From Thermoanaerobaculia bacterium (GTDB lineage: Bacteria; Acidobacteriota; Thermoanaerobaculia; Multivoradales; Multivoraceae): 64,000 nt of DNA. The stretch's first letter is position 1; the number at the start of each line of letters is the position of its first letter. Position numbers and translations under genes: made by a program. This document shows, piece after piece, positions 47,117 through 56,578 of the stretch. The notes under the pieces were generated by a model. The model was not told the DNA's origin. It did no database searches and was given only the letters and a program-made list of their open reading frames with translations. The stretch covers positions 1,312,001-1,376,000 of the forward strand of contig OY761158.1 of NCBI GenBank assembly GCA_963664405.1, written 5' to 3'.

Positions 47117-47839
47117 CTCGTCAATCGAGATCAGCTCGACTTCGAAGATCAAGGTGGCGTGAGGCCCGATCTGCGCCCCCGCTCCCGAAGCGCCGTAGCC
47201 CAGCTCCGAAGGCACGAAGAACTTGTACTTGGCTCCTACCGACATCAACTGCACGCCCTCGGTCCAACCGGCGATCACCTGATTGAGTGGGAACTGCACC
47301 GGCTCGCCGCGATCGATAGAGCTATCGAACTGGGTGCCGTCGATGAGCGTGCCCTTGTAATGAACCGTCACCTTGGAGGTCGCCGAAGGCTTCTCCCCCG
47401 AACCGGCCTCCATTACTTCGTACTGCAGTCCACTCGCGGTGGTGGTGACTCCGTCACGAGCGCCGTTCTCGGCCAGAAAGGCCTTTCCTTGTTCTTGATT
47501 CACGCCGCCCTGCGCCTCCTGTTGTTGTGCCATTCGAACCTTAACTTCCTGCTGTAGCTGGGTGATCGCGGCCTGCATCTCTTCGGGGCCGAGAAGGGCG
47601 TCTCCTCCTTCGAAGCCATCTGTGACTCCCTGGCGAATGAAGGTGAGATCGACACCGACACCCTGATCACGCATGGTGCGCCCGAGGTTGTAACCGATAC
47701 TGTAGGAGGCCTTCTCCTCCATCGTGGAAGGCTTCTCTTGGGCCTCTGCACTCGCTTCGCCCGGGGCGGTATCGTCCGACGAGCAAGCGAGCAAGAAGGT
47801 GGGAAGGATGGCGTACGCAATCCAGCGCCTTGCTGTCAT
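47114..47839 (-). CDS. FKBP-type peptidyl-prolyl isomerase (FkpA/Mip-like lipoprotein)
   Basis: LLAC lipobox; SYSIG dimerisation domain; VHYKGTL, FDSS, VIAGWTEG, LIFEVEL. Confidence 0.92.
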   Translation of the reverse strand: MTARRWIAYAILPTFLLACSSDDTAPGEASAEAQEKPSTMEEKASYSIGYNLGRTMRDQGVGVDLTFIRQGVTDGFEGGDALLGPEEMQAAITQLQQEVKVRMAQQQEAQGGVNQEQGKAFLAENGARDGVTTTASGLQYEVMEAGSGEKPSATSKVTVHYKGTLIDGTQFDSSIDRGEPVQFPLNQVIAGWTEGVQLMSVGAKYKFFVPSELGYGASGAGAQIGPHATLIFEVELISIDE

Positions 47840-47968
47840 GATTCTTGATTCTCCTGTGGGGTTGGAAGCCGTCCGGTGGCCGGACTCGCGGCGGGAGCCG
47901 GATTCTAACACTGGCCAAGGTCGACCCTGGCGCAGGGAAGCGGGCCACCGTGACCTCGCCCAGCTGCT

Positions 47969-48598
47969 TTATCGCACCTCTATCTCACCGCGGGGCGTCG
48001 CGAGAGTGGCGATCAGAGCCGGCTCCGGAGCCGCGGCAACCGTCATCACCACATCGAGCGTCGCCAGCATCTCCCGCACCTCGACCGGCTCCGGGTGCTC
48101 GCCGCGCAAATCGAGGAGAGTGCAGCCCTTCTGAGCGGAAAGGGCTGGGCTCGGCGTCGTACCCCAGTCGATGAGGAAAGGGACGACGCCTTCACCAAGA
48201 ATCTCTCTTCGCCGCGCCAGCCGCCACTCGATGAGGCCCGATGGCGATCGACGCGACATCGGGAAGATGTGGCCGGGGTCATAGCCGGCCGCAAGCGCCG
48301 AGGCCACTCGCCCTTCCAGGTCGGGCTCGCCGATCGCCCAGGTAACCAGCCGCGGCCCAACCAGGTCGTCGATCCCGAAGGCCCGCGGGAAGTCGGGCTG
48401 CGACTGCTCGGGGTCGGGACCGATCACTTCCATATAAGCCCTGTCGCTGAGCGACAGCAGACAGTTTCGGGTTCCGAATCCAGGGTGGGAGCCGCCCGCC
48501 GATGCCCTCACTCCGAGGCGCTCCTCGAGCTCACCGACGGCCGACTCGAGATCGGGAGCAGCGAAGACCAGATGATCCAGTTGTGCGGGGGCAGTCAC
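47969..48598 (-). CDS. VOC family protein (Glyoxalase_3-like)
   Basis: LDHLV, GGSHPGFGTRN, YMEVI, PFLIDWG. Confidence 0.88.
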   Translation of the reverse strand: MTAPAQLDHLVFAAPDLESAVGELEERLGVRASAGGSHPGFGTRNCLLSLSDRAYMEVIGPDPEQSQPDFPRAFGIDDLVGPRLVTWAIGEPDLEGRVASALAAGYDPGHIFPMSRRSPSGLIEWRLARRREILGEGVVPFLIDWGTTPSPALSAQKGCTLLDLRGEHPEPVEVREMLATLDVVMTVAAAPEPALIATLATPRGEIEVR

Positions 48599-48977
48599 TT
48601 AGCGACATGTTCCCACAAGGGAAGCCTCCTCGGAAGCCGTTACCATGGAGCGTTCTCGACCGACATCGCGCCGGTCTCGGGCGGGCCTCAGCGCCATTCC
48701 GGCAAGATGGTCTGATGATTGTTCCAGCCTTCCTGGGCTTCGCCTCCAGTGCCACGAATGCGGCGACGGCTATCCTGATCCGCGACATTTTGCCCGGGTC
48801 TGCCTACCGGATCGACAATGGGGCGGGGAGTCAGCTTCTTCTTGGCCCCCGATACGCAGGCCTTCGAGACCCGCAATGCCGCGCAACCGGCAAAGCGCCG
48901 CCGATATCGACGTAAGCAGGTGGTAACCTTCCCGCCCTCGAGTACTTCCGTTTCTTGACTCAGAGGGGCTAGACCAC

Positions 48978-49796
48978 ATGACTGCGTTCCAACAAGCCGA
49001 CGACTTCCGCGCCGAGTGCGACGCCTTGGCCAAGGTGCTCGAGCCTCTGAGGGACGAGCAATACGAGACCAAGACCCTGTTCAAAGACTGGACCCTCCAC
49101 GATGTGATCGCTCATCTGCACATCTTCAACTGGGCGGCCGACGTCTCGATTCACCAGCCGAAACAGCTCGACTCCTTCAAGGAGTTTCAGGTGGAGAGCC
49201 GGAAGAAAGGCCTCGACCTGCGCGGGCTCACCGACGAGTGGCTCGGCGAGGATCGCAACCGCGCCGTCTACCTCCGCTGGCGCGACTACTACCCGGAGAT
49301 GTGTGAGCGGCTCGACGGCGTCGATCCGAGGCAGCGCGCTGAATGGTTCGGGCCCTCGATGAGCGTTCGCAGCTCGATCACCGCCCGCCAGATGGAGACC
49401 TGGGCCCATGGGCAGGAGGTCTTCGACGTGCTCGGACTCGAGCGACTCGAAGAGGATCGCATCAAGAACATCGTCTTCCTCGGTCTCAACACCTTCGGCT
49501 GGACCTACGCCGTGCGTGAGCTCGCGGTGCCGAACCTGGTGCCCCAACTACGGCTGACCGCCCCCTCCGGGGAGATCTGGCAGTGGAACGAGACCGAGAC
49601 CACCAACAAGATCGAAGGAAGCGCCTTCGAGTTCTGCCAGGTGGTCGCGCAGACACGCAATATTGCCGACACCCGGCTTCGGGTGTCAGGCGAAGTGGCC
49701 ATCGAGTGGATGAGGATGGCTCAATGCTTCGCTGGCGCTGCCCAGGCGCCGCCGCCAGCCGGCGCTCGTCACAAAGCGGAAACCACCTCGGCCTGA
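48978..49796 (+). CDS. MDMPI/DinB-superfamily metal-binding protein (TIGR03084-like)
   Basis: WTLHDVIAHL, WFGPSMS, ARQMETWAHGQ, AQCFAG. Confidence 0.85.
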   Translation: MTAFQQADDFRAECDALAKVLEPLRDEQYETKTLFKDWTLHDVIAHLHIFNWAADVSIHQPKQLDSFKEFQVESRKKGLDLRGLTDEWLGEDRNRAVYLRWRDYYPEMCERLDGVDPRQRAEWFGPSMSVRSSITARQMETWAHGQEVFDVLGLERLEEDRIKNIVFLGLNTFGWTYAVRELAVPNLVPQLRLTAPSGEIWQWNETETTNKIEGSAFEFCQVVAQTRNIADTRLRVSGEVAIEWMRMAQCFAGAAQAPPPAGARHKAETTSA

Positions 49797-51325
49797 CCGC
49801 GACCGTCGATCCGAACGGAACGACCGCAGAACTCCTCGCTACACATCGAAGCGAGAACCTGGGGGTCCTCGATGTTGGCCCAGGTTCGACGACCATCCGC
49901 CACCCGGCAGGCGAGGTGGGCAATCGACGGTTCGTCCCCCGACGAAGTGAGGTTGCTGTAGACCGAGCTGTAGGAGGTGGTAGGAGCCGCAACGGCGCCT
50001 CCGAACATGACGGTGTAGGACTCGATCTCGGCCTCGCCCGCGTAGTCCTCCACCAGCTCTCGCTTGGGCGCGCGATCGACCTCGGCCTGAAGGTTCTGAT
50101 GACGGAACTCGTGCTCGGGCTGCTCGCGGGTGTAGACGCCGAAGGAGTGTTTGGTCAACATGCCGCCGTTGGCGGTGACCAGGCCACGACCACCCGGCGT
50201 CGTGCGCAAGAGCTCGGCAGTCCTCGCAATCGCGTGCATCACCGAGTTGTTGACCGGGCCACCTCCGAAGGTCGAACCTCCGGTGACCGACAGCGGACGC
50301 TGTTGGGAAAGACCGAGCTCATTCGCCGACACTTGAACCGCGCTTGGAAAGCAGCTGTAGAGATCGACGTAGTCGAGGTCGCCGGTCTCCACTTCGGCCA
50401 GCTCCAAGGCTCGACGACCTGCAATCCGAATAGCCGGCGACGAGTGGAGGTTGTCTCGCTCGGAGACGAAGAAATGGTCGTAGGCATCCGTCCCGCTCGC
50501 CGGGAACACCATCTTGGCGGCCGCGATGCCAAGTGAGCGCGCCACCGAGAGCGAAGTGAGGATCAGCGCTGACCCCATGTCTACGCGCATATTGGCATTC
50601 ATCAGCTTCGGGTAGGGAAAGGCGATGGGGCGGTTGGAAGGAGAGAAGGTGCGAATTTCCTCGGCTGTCACCTCACGTCGGATCCAGGCGTTCGGGTTCT
50701 TCCGCGCAACAGCACTGAAGCCGGCGCACAGTTGCGAAATGCGCTCGAGATGCTCTGCCACCGACTCCCTTCTCTGATAGCGCAATGCATTCTCGAAGAT
50801 GGCGTAGTACTGAACCGGCCGCTGCATCCCACGCTCCATCTCCGCTTGGTGCCGAGTCCACTCCGCCGTTCCGTATTCGACATCGGGCGCGGGCGTCGGA
50901 TCGTCGTCCCTCCCTTCCAACCACTCGGGATCCAACCCCGCACGCTGTGCCTTCCCCAGCGTACGGCCGCACTCGGCGCCGCACAGAATCACCAGATCGC
51001 GCTTACCCGATTGAACGTCGAGTGCGGACTGGTTGAGCACCATCTGCACATGATTGCCCCCAATCTCGGAAAGCCCGGTCTCGACGCGACCGCAACTGAG
51101 CCTCTCAGCGATAGCAAGCGCGGGGTTCTTGTACCCCCAGATGCCCTTGATGACTCGAATCGAGCTCGCCTTATCGAGGACTCCACCGACGCCGGTGTCC
51201 TCGGCGGCCTGTCGCACCGCATCGATCATCAACTCGAGTGGCTCCTTGGCCTCTCTGAAATCCTCGACCCGTTGCAGCACCTGCGAGATGCCAACCAGAA
51301 CCGGAGTGCTATCTCTCATCGTCAC
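49769..51325 (-). CDS. Thiolase-like acetyl-CoA acetyltransferase family protein
   Basis: TPVLVG, FPYPKLM, DLYSCFPSAVQ, VTGG..FGGGP.NN, ANGGMLTKHS. Confidence 0.85.
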   Translation of the reverse strand: MTMRDSTPVLVGISQVLQRVEDFREAKEPLELMIDAVRQAAEDTGVGGVLDKASSIRVIKGIWGYKNPALAIAERLSCGRVETGLSEIGGNHVQMVLNQSALDVQSGKRDLVILCGAECGRTLGKAQRAGLDPEWLEGRDDDPTPAPDVEYGTAEWTRHQAEMERGMQRPVQYYAIFENALRYQRRESVAEHLERISQLCAGFSAVARKNPNAWIRREVTAEEIRTFSPSNRPIAFPYPKLMNANMRVDMGSALILTSLSVARSLGIAAAKMVFPASGTDAYDHFFVSERDNLHSSPAIRIAGRRALELAEVETGDLDYVDLYSCFPSAVQVSANELGLSQQRPLSVTGGSTFGGGPVNNSVMHAIARTAELLRTTPGGRGLVTANGGMLTKHSFGVYTREQPEHEFRHQNLQAEVDRAPKRELVEDYAGEAEIESYTVMFGGAVAAPTTSYSSVYSNLTSSGDEPSIAHLACRVADGRRTWANIEDPQVLASMCSEEFCGRSVRIDGRGQAEVVSAL

Positions 51326-53277
51326 CGTCCCTCGTCCTCACTATTGCCCACGAGCGCGTCGATGGGCCGACGCAGATAACGATCACAGAAGCGGAGAATC
51401 GATTCATAGGCCCGCTCCTGGTTTTCTTTCTTGACGAAGCCGTGGCCCTCATCGTCGAACAAAACGTACTCGACCGGCACGCCGTTGGCTCGTGCCGCGG
51501 CCACGATCTCGTCAGACTCTACTTTGAGGACACGAGGATCGTTAGCGCCCTGGAGGACCATCAAGGGCTTCCTGATATTAGCGGCGTGGAAGAGAGGAGA
51601 CTTGGCATTGAAGAACTCCTCGTCGTCGAAATCACCCATCTCTTGTACCAAGCTCGCCCGGATCGCTTCCCACCAAGGTGGAGTGTTCTGGACCGTTCGG
51701 TACCAGTTGGAGATGCCGTAGAGATCGATCCCGACAGCGAACTCGTCAGGACGGAAGGTGAGAGCCGCCAGAATCATGTAGCCACCGTAGCTGCCGCCGA
51801 TGATACCGATGGCCTGCGGATCGATCCATCCGGTGGCGGCGAGCATGGCCTTGCTGGCAACGACATCGTCGAGATCCGCATCACCGTGCTTGCGATCGTC
51901 CAGGTGGAAGAAGGTCTTGCCGTAGCCGCTCGAGCCACGGTTGTTGATCGCGTACACGGCGTAACCGTGGTTCACCAGGTATTGGATGAGCCCGCTGTAG
52001 CCGACTCGGCTCTGCCCTCCCGGGCCGCCGTGGACCCACACCAGGGCAGGCACCGGGTTTGTCACGCTCGCCCGATGTGGCCGATAGAGGATCCCAGGAA
52101 TCTCGAGGCCGTCGTAGGAAGCGAAGCGTTCGACTAGCCCCTCGACGAGATCCGCCGGGTCGATGGCGGGGTCGAGCGAGCTGGTGAGCCTCGTGGCGGC
52201 GGCTTCTCCGATCCGAGCATGGAAGAGGTCGCGTGGCATTCGACCGCTCGAGGAGTAGAACGCCAGATTCTTGTCGTCTCGCGCTATCGCCACCGTACCG
52301 ACCTCAGCGTCCGGAAGCTCGGGAAGTGAGACCCTTTCCATGGTTGCGGTCTCGTAGAGCCGAAGCTCGGTGCGGGCATCGACATTGACCGACGTCAAAA
52401 GATAGGCGCCGGAGTGCGACAACGCGACAGACATCACCTCCCAATCGGTCTTCTCCACCACTTCTGTCTCGCCCGTCTCCAGCTCGAGGCGAGCGAGATA
52501 CCGGAAGTCATGGGCGAGGTCGGTGGTGTAGTAGAGGAAGCGACCGTCGCGGCTGAAGCCCATCGCCGAATTGGCAACCGCCTCGTCGTCGTCGGTGAGA
52601 AGCCGTGTCGCGCCAGAGAGCAGGTCATGAAGGTAGAGGTCCGAATCGGCGTTGGTGACCCTCCTGCCTAGTACCAGGGAGCGGCGGTCCGGGGAGATCG
52701 CAGCGAGATCCATACCCGCATCGTTCTGGTAGAGCCGCTCGCGATGGTAGTCGCGGACGCTGTACTCGTAGAGGTCGAAAAAGCGAGGGTCCCTCTCCGT
52801 CGTCAGCAGGAAGAAGGCGTCCTCCCCCTGCGACCACTGAAGAAAAGCCGCCTTGGTGTCTTCCCCGGGGGTCAGGTCTGTGACCGTCCCATCGAGCTCC
52901 CGGACGTAGATGTGGCTGCGCTCGTTGCCACCCCGATCGGTCGAATAGAGGAAGCGCTCGTCGGCAGGAAAGTAGGACACGGCACGGATCGACTCTTCGG
53001 TCGAGTGGGTCAGAGCCACCGGCTCGCCACCGCGTACCGGGATCGAGTAAGCATTGAAGATACCCGTCGCATCGCTCGACACCAGGATCTTGGTCGCGTC
53101 GGGTGAGAACGAGGCGCCACTGAATCCAGTGCTGCCGAGGATCTCCTGAATGCGGTACGTGCGCGAAGGGCGAGGCGTTTCGCCGGCCGGTGCGAGCGCC
53201 TCCTGATCGGAACAGCCCGATAAGAAGACACCCGCCGACAAGCAAGCCGTCAGGGCGAAAGGGGCAACAGTTCTCAT
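51322..53277 (-). CDS. S9 family prolyl oligopeptidase/acylaminoacyl peptidase, lipoprotein
   Basis: LSGC lipobox; beta-propeller; HGGP, GGSYGG, DPRV, EGHGF. Confidence 0.92.
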   Translation of the reverse strand: MRTVAPFALTACLSAGVFLSGCSDQEALAPAGETPRPSRTYRIQEILGSTGFSGASFSPDATKILVSSDATGIFNAYSIPVRGGEPVALTHSTEESIRAVSYFPADERFLYSTDRGGNERSHIYVRELDGTVTDLTPGEDTKAAFLQWSQGEDAFFLLTTERDPRFFDLYEYSVRDYHRERLYQNDAGMDLAAISPDRRSLVLGRRVTNADSDLYLHDLLSGATRLLTDDDEAVANSAMGFSRDGRFLYYTTDLAHDFRYLARLELETGETEVVEKTDWEVMSVALSHSGAYLLTSVNVDARTELRLYETATMERVSLPELPDAEVGTVAIARDDKNLAFYSSSGRMPRDLFHARIGEAAATRLTSSLDPAIDPADLVEGLVERFASYDGLEIPGILYRPHRASVTNPVPALVWVHGGPGGQSRVGYSGLIQYLVNHGYAVYAINNRGSSGYGKTFFHLDDRKHGDADLDDVVASKAMLAATGWIDPQAIGIIGGSYGGYMILAALTFRPDEFAVGIDLYGISNWYRTVQNTPPWWEAIRASLVQEMGDFDDEEFFNAKSPLFHAANIRKPLMVLQGANDPRVLKVESDEIVAAARANGVPVEYVLFDDEGHGFVKKENQERAYESILRFCDRYLRRPIDALVGNSEDEGR

Positions 53278-53719
53278 CCGCGCCAGCCTACCTCAGGGTC
53301 TACTAGACCAGCGTTTCCAAGGTTCGTGCTGCATAGCTCGAGCTCATTCTGTTCGCTGGCCAGGCGCGCCGAGGCAGGCATATTGGGCAATATGTCGAGG
53401 AGGCGCAACGCCGGCAGCGGGCAGAAGGGGCCGAGATATGTGCGCGAACTCTGGAAACGCTGGTCTAGGATGAGCCCTTGCAGAACCCGAGGCCAGGGGA
53501 CAGAGATGCCCCCCACGCCGGAGTGCCTGGAACGCGCGTGCGATCTGGATCGCTTCTTCTTCTGGATGGCGATCGCGGCCACCCTCTTCCTCGGGGCGAC
53601 ACTGGTCTGGGGCGTCTTCCTCATTCCCAAGATCGTGACGCGGCTGAAGCCGTCACCCAGGGCGAAGCGATAGCCGACGCCGGCGGGGGCCGCCATCACG
53701 CCGCCGGCCAGCCCGGGCG

Positions 53720-53834
53720 CAGCGGGGCTCAGGAGTCGAGAGAGGCCTTTCTCGCGCTTCCTGAGGAGCACAAAAACGCGATCGTCGCCCTTCTCCTCAG
53801 CCTACGCAACTTCGCTCCAGAAACGAGCTCCTGA
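53720..53834 (+). pseudogene. C-terminal remnant resembling di-haem oxidoreductase (DHOR) family proteins
   Basis: AQESREAFLALPEEHKNAIVALLLSL resembles the terminal helices of that family; no upstream body. Confidence 0.4.
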
Positions 53835-53862
53835 CCGGGAGAGCACCTCTACCGCGCGAGAA

Positions 53863-53891
53863 TTGACAATGGCTCGGCGCTTCACTATCGT
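53863..53891 (+). promoter_or_regulatory. Sigma70-type promoter of the complex I-like operon
   Basis: TTGACA-N17-TATCGT about 125 nt upstream of nuoJ. Confidence 0.65.
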
Positions 53892-54014
53892 CCTGAGCGC
53901 AAGCAAGCCACGAGAAGGGGGAAAGTAGGCGCCAGTCGCCTGCGCGATCCTCGGTCCAGGGGAGATCCGGGCAGAAGGCCAAGTGGTCTCCGACTGCTAG
54001 TCCAGTTAACGACC

Positions 54015-54542
54015 TTGTCGACCACGCAGGCCATCTTCTACTACATGGCAGCCGCCAGTGTCGCCAGCGCGATGCTTGCGGTAACGCGGAAAAACCCGGT
54101 TCACAGCATGCTCTGGGTGCTGGCTCTGCTCATGCATATAGCCGGCATGTTCCTGCTCCTGGACGCCGAGTTCCTCGCCGCCGTGCAGGTCATCGTCTAT
54201 GCAGGCGCGATCCTGATCTTCTACCTCTTCGTGGTCATTCTGCTCGATCTGCCGAGCGAAGTCGCGAAGCCGAGATTCGGCAGGCACTGGCCTTTCGCCC
54301 TCGGCGTCGGGCTATCGTTCGTCGTGCTGGCCTGGCTCGCTCGAGCCGACACTCTCGATCCCGCCACAGCCGCAGCAGGGCTCGCATCAACAGCCACCGA
54401 CGGCCCAGCCCTAGGAAGTCTCGAAGGAATAGGTGCGGCGCTCTTCGGTCCTTTCGCTCTGCCTTTCGAGATGGCCTCGCTGATCCTGCTCGCCGCCATC
54501 ATCGGCGCCATCGTCCTTGCAGGAAGAAAGGCCAGCTCGTGA
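54015..54542 (+). CDS. nuoJ: NADH-quinone oxidoreductase subunit J
   Basis: KNPVHS, AEFLAAVQVIVYAGAI, PFEMASLILL. Confidence 0.92.
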   Translation: MSTTQAIFYYMAAASVASAMLAVTRKNPVHSMLWVLALLMHIAGMFLLLDAEFLAAVQVIVYAGAILIFYLFVVILLDLPSEVAKPRFGRHWPFALGVGLSFVVLAWLARADTLDPATAAAGLASTATDGPALGSLEGIGAALFGPFALPFEMASLILLAAIIGAIVLAGRKASS

Positions 54543-54844
54543 TCGTGCCAATGACTACGGTTCTGGGCCTCAGCGCCATTCTTTTCGGCATCGGCGCCTT
54601 CGGATTCTTGGCCCGGCGCAATATCATCTTGATGCTGGTCTCGGCCGAAGTGATGCTCAACGCGGTAAACCTCAGCCTGGTCGGCTTCAGCCGCCATCTC
54701 GACGACCCGCGCGGCCAGGTGCTGGCGCTCTTCGTCATCGCCGTCGCAGCCGCCGAGGCCGGACTCGGGCTCGGTCTGGTCATCGCTCTCAACCGCAACC
54801 GACTGGGAACGGACGTGGCGGAACTGACCGAGCTCAAGTGGTGA
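54539..54844 (+). CDS. nuoK: NADH-quinone oxidoreductase subunit K
   Basis: RRNIILML, EVMLNAVN, VAAAEAGLG. Confidence 0.93.
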   Translation: MIVPMTTVLGLSAILFGIGAFGFLARRNIILMLVSAEVMLNAVNLSLVGFSRHLDDPRGQVLALFVIAVAAAEAGLGLGLVIALNRNRLGTDVAELTELKW

Positions 54845-54854
54845 GCGCGGGCTG

Positions 54855-56318
54855 ATGGAACCTTCCGTGCTGCCTCTCCTGACCCTTCTCGCTCCGGCCC
54901 TGGGGGCGGCTCTCATCGCCGTCACCGGTCAACGGCGGGCGAATCTCCGAGAGTTCTGGTCAGTAGCGGCAGGAGTGGTGATGCTAGTACTGATCGCCGC
55001 CATGGTGCCGGAGGTCTTGGCGGGTGGCGCACCTGGGCTGGTGCTCTTCCGCCTCCTTCCAGGCATCGAGCTGGCCTTCCGGGTGGACGCCTTCGGTCTC
55101 CTCTTCGCCACCGGAGCCTCGGCCCTTTGGATCCTCACCACCTTCTACTCCATCGGCTACATGCGAACTCTCGAAGAGCATGCGCAGACCCGATACTTCG
55201 CCTGCTTCGCCCTGGCTCTCTCCACCACGATCGCGGTGGCCTTCTCGGCCAACCTCTTTACTCTGTTTCTGTTCTACGAGGGTCTGACCATGGTCACCTA
55301 CCCCCTCGTAGCCCACAACGAAACCGACGAGGCCAGAGCCGGCGCCCGCAAATACCTGATCTATCTGCTCGGCGCCGCCAAGGTGTTCCTGCTGGCTGCC
55401 ATCATCCTGACCTACAACCTCGCCGGCACTCTGAACTTCCGCCAAGGGGGAATCTTGCCGGCCGACAAGGTTGCCGAACAGCCCACTCTTTTACTCGTCG
55501 TTTTCGCGCTCTTCCTGTTCGGGTTCGCCAAGAACGCACTGATGCCGTTGCACAGCTGGCTGCCGGCCGCCATGGTCGCTCCGACCCCAGTCAGCGCTCT
55601 GCTGCATGCGGTCGCAGTGGTCAAGACCGGCGTCTTTTGCACCCTCAGGGTGTTTCTTTTCATCTTCGGCTCCCAGGCCATGCGCGACATCGGAGCCGAC
55701 CAAGTGGCCTATGTCGCGGCATCGGTGACGATCCTCGTCGCCTCGCTGCTTGCGCTTGGCCAGGACAACCTCAAGGCGCGGCTGGCCTTCTCGACCGTGA
55801 GCCAGCTCTCCTACATCGTGCTCGGCGCGGCGATTCTGAACTCGAACGGGGTCCTCGGCGGAGTCGCCCACATCTCCAACCACGCAGTGTCCAAGATCAC
55901 ACTCTTCTTCTGTGCCGGATCGATCTATGTTTCGGCCCACAAGACCGAGATCAGCCAGATGTCGGGCCTGGCCAAGCGGATGCCGTGGACCATGGCCGCA
56001 TTTGCCCTAGCTTCGCTGAGCATCATCGGCATACCACTCACCAGCGGTTTCGTTTCCAAGTGGTACATCGCCCTGGGCGCTGTAGAGAGCAGGCACTTCG
56101 GGCTGCTCACCGTGCTTCTTGTCAGCTCACTCCTCAGCGCGGCCTACCTGGGACCGATCATCTACAAGGCCTACTTCGAGCCCGCGCCACCGGGAAACGA
56201 GGAGATCCATGAGGTGCCTTGGATGGTGGCGCCACTGACGATCACCGCCGCGGCAAGCCTGCTTCTGGGCCTCTACTCCACTCCAGTCGTGGAACTGGCC
56301 GGGAGGGTGATGCCGTGA
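54855..56318 (+). CDS. MrpD-like antiporter-type subunit (additional pumping subunit)
   Basis: FLFYEGLT, PLHSWLPAAMVAPTPVSALLHAVAVVK, LAFSTVSQ; no C-terminal lateral helix. Confidence 0.85.
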   Translation: MEPSVLPLLTLLAPALGAALIAVTGQRRANLREFWSVAAGVVMLVLIAAMVPEVLAGGAPGLVLFRLLPGIELAFRVDAFGLLFATGASALWILTTFYSIGYMRTLEEHAQTRYFACFALALSTTIAVAFSANLFTLFLFYEGLTMVTYPLVAHNETDEARAGARKYLIYLLGAAKVFLLAAIILTYNLAGTLNFRQGGILPADKVAEQPTLLLVVFALFLFGFAKNALMPLHSWLPAAMVAPTPVSALLHAVAVVKTGVFCTLRVFLFIFGSQAMRDIGADQVAYVAASVTILVASLLALGQDNLKARLAFSTVSQLSYIVLGAAILNSNGVLGGVAHISNHAVSKITLFFCAGSIYVSAHKTEISQMSGLAKRMPWTMAAFALASLSIIGIPLTSGFVSKWYIALGAVESRHFGLLTVLLVSSLLSAAYLGPIIYKAYFEPAPPGNEEIHEVPWMVAPLTITAAASLLLGLYSTPVVELAGRVMP

Positions 56319-56578
56319 GCTTCCTGGAGAAGCAGCTGGAAGATCCGGTCCGCTTGAAAAGGCTCAAGCTCACTTTCTACGTCGGGCTTGTGCTGATTGC
56401 GGCAATCGAGATCCTCGCGCCGATCCTCTTCCACGGCGCTCACCATCATTTTGATTTCGAGGGCTGGCCCGCATGGGGCTCTCTCTACGGATTCATTTCC
56501 TGCGTCGCCATCATCCTCATCTCCAAGCTGATCGGCAAAGCCTGGCTGATGCGACGAGAGGACTACTATGACTCCTGA
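56315..56578 (+). CDS. Small 2-TM membrane protein within the antiporter cluster
   Basis: GTG overlaps the upstream stop; two hydrophobic segments; ends LMRREDYYDS overlapping the next start. Confidence 0.75.
   Translation: MSFLEKQLEDPVRLKRLKLTFYVGLVLIAAIEILAPILFHGAHHHFDFEGWPAWGSLYGFISCVAIILISKLIGKAWLMRREDYYDS

Noticed and set aside
53326-53673. 115-aa ORF with one hydrophobic segment
   Set aside because: No recognisable family or clear RBS; may be a fragment, so it was not called
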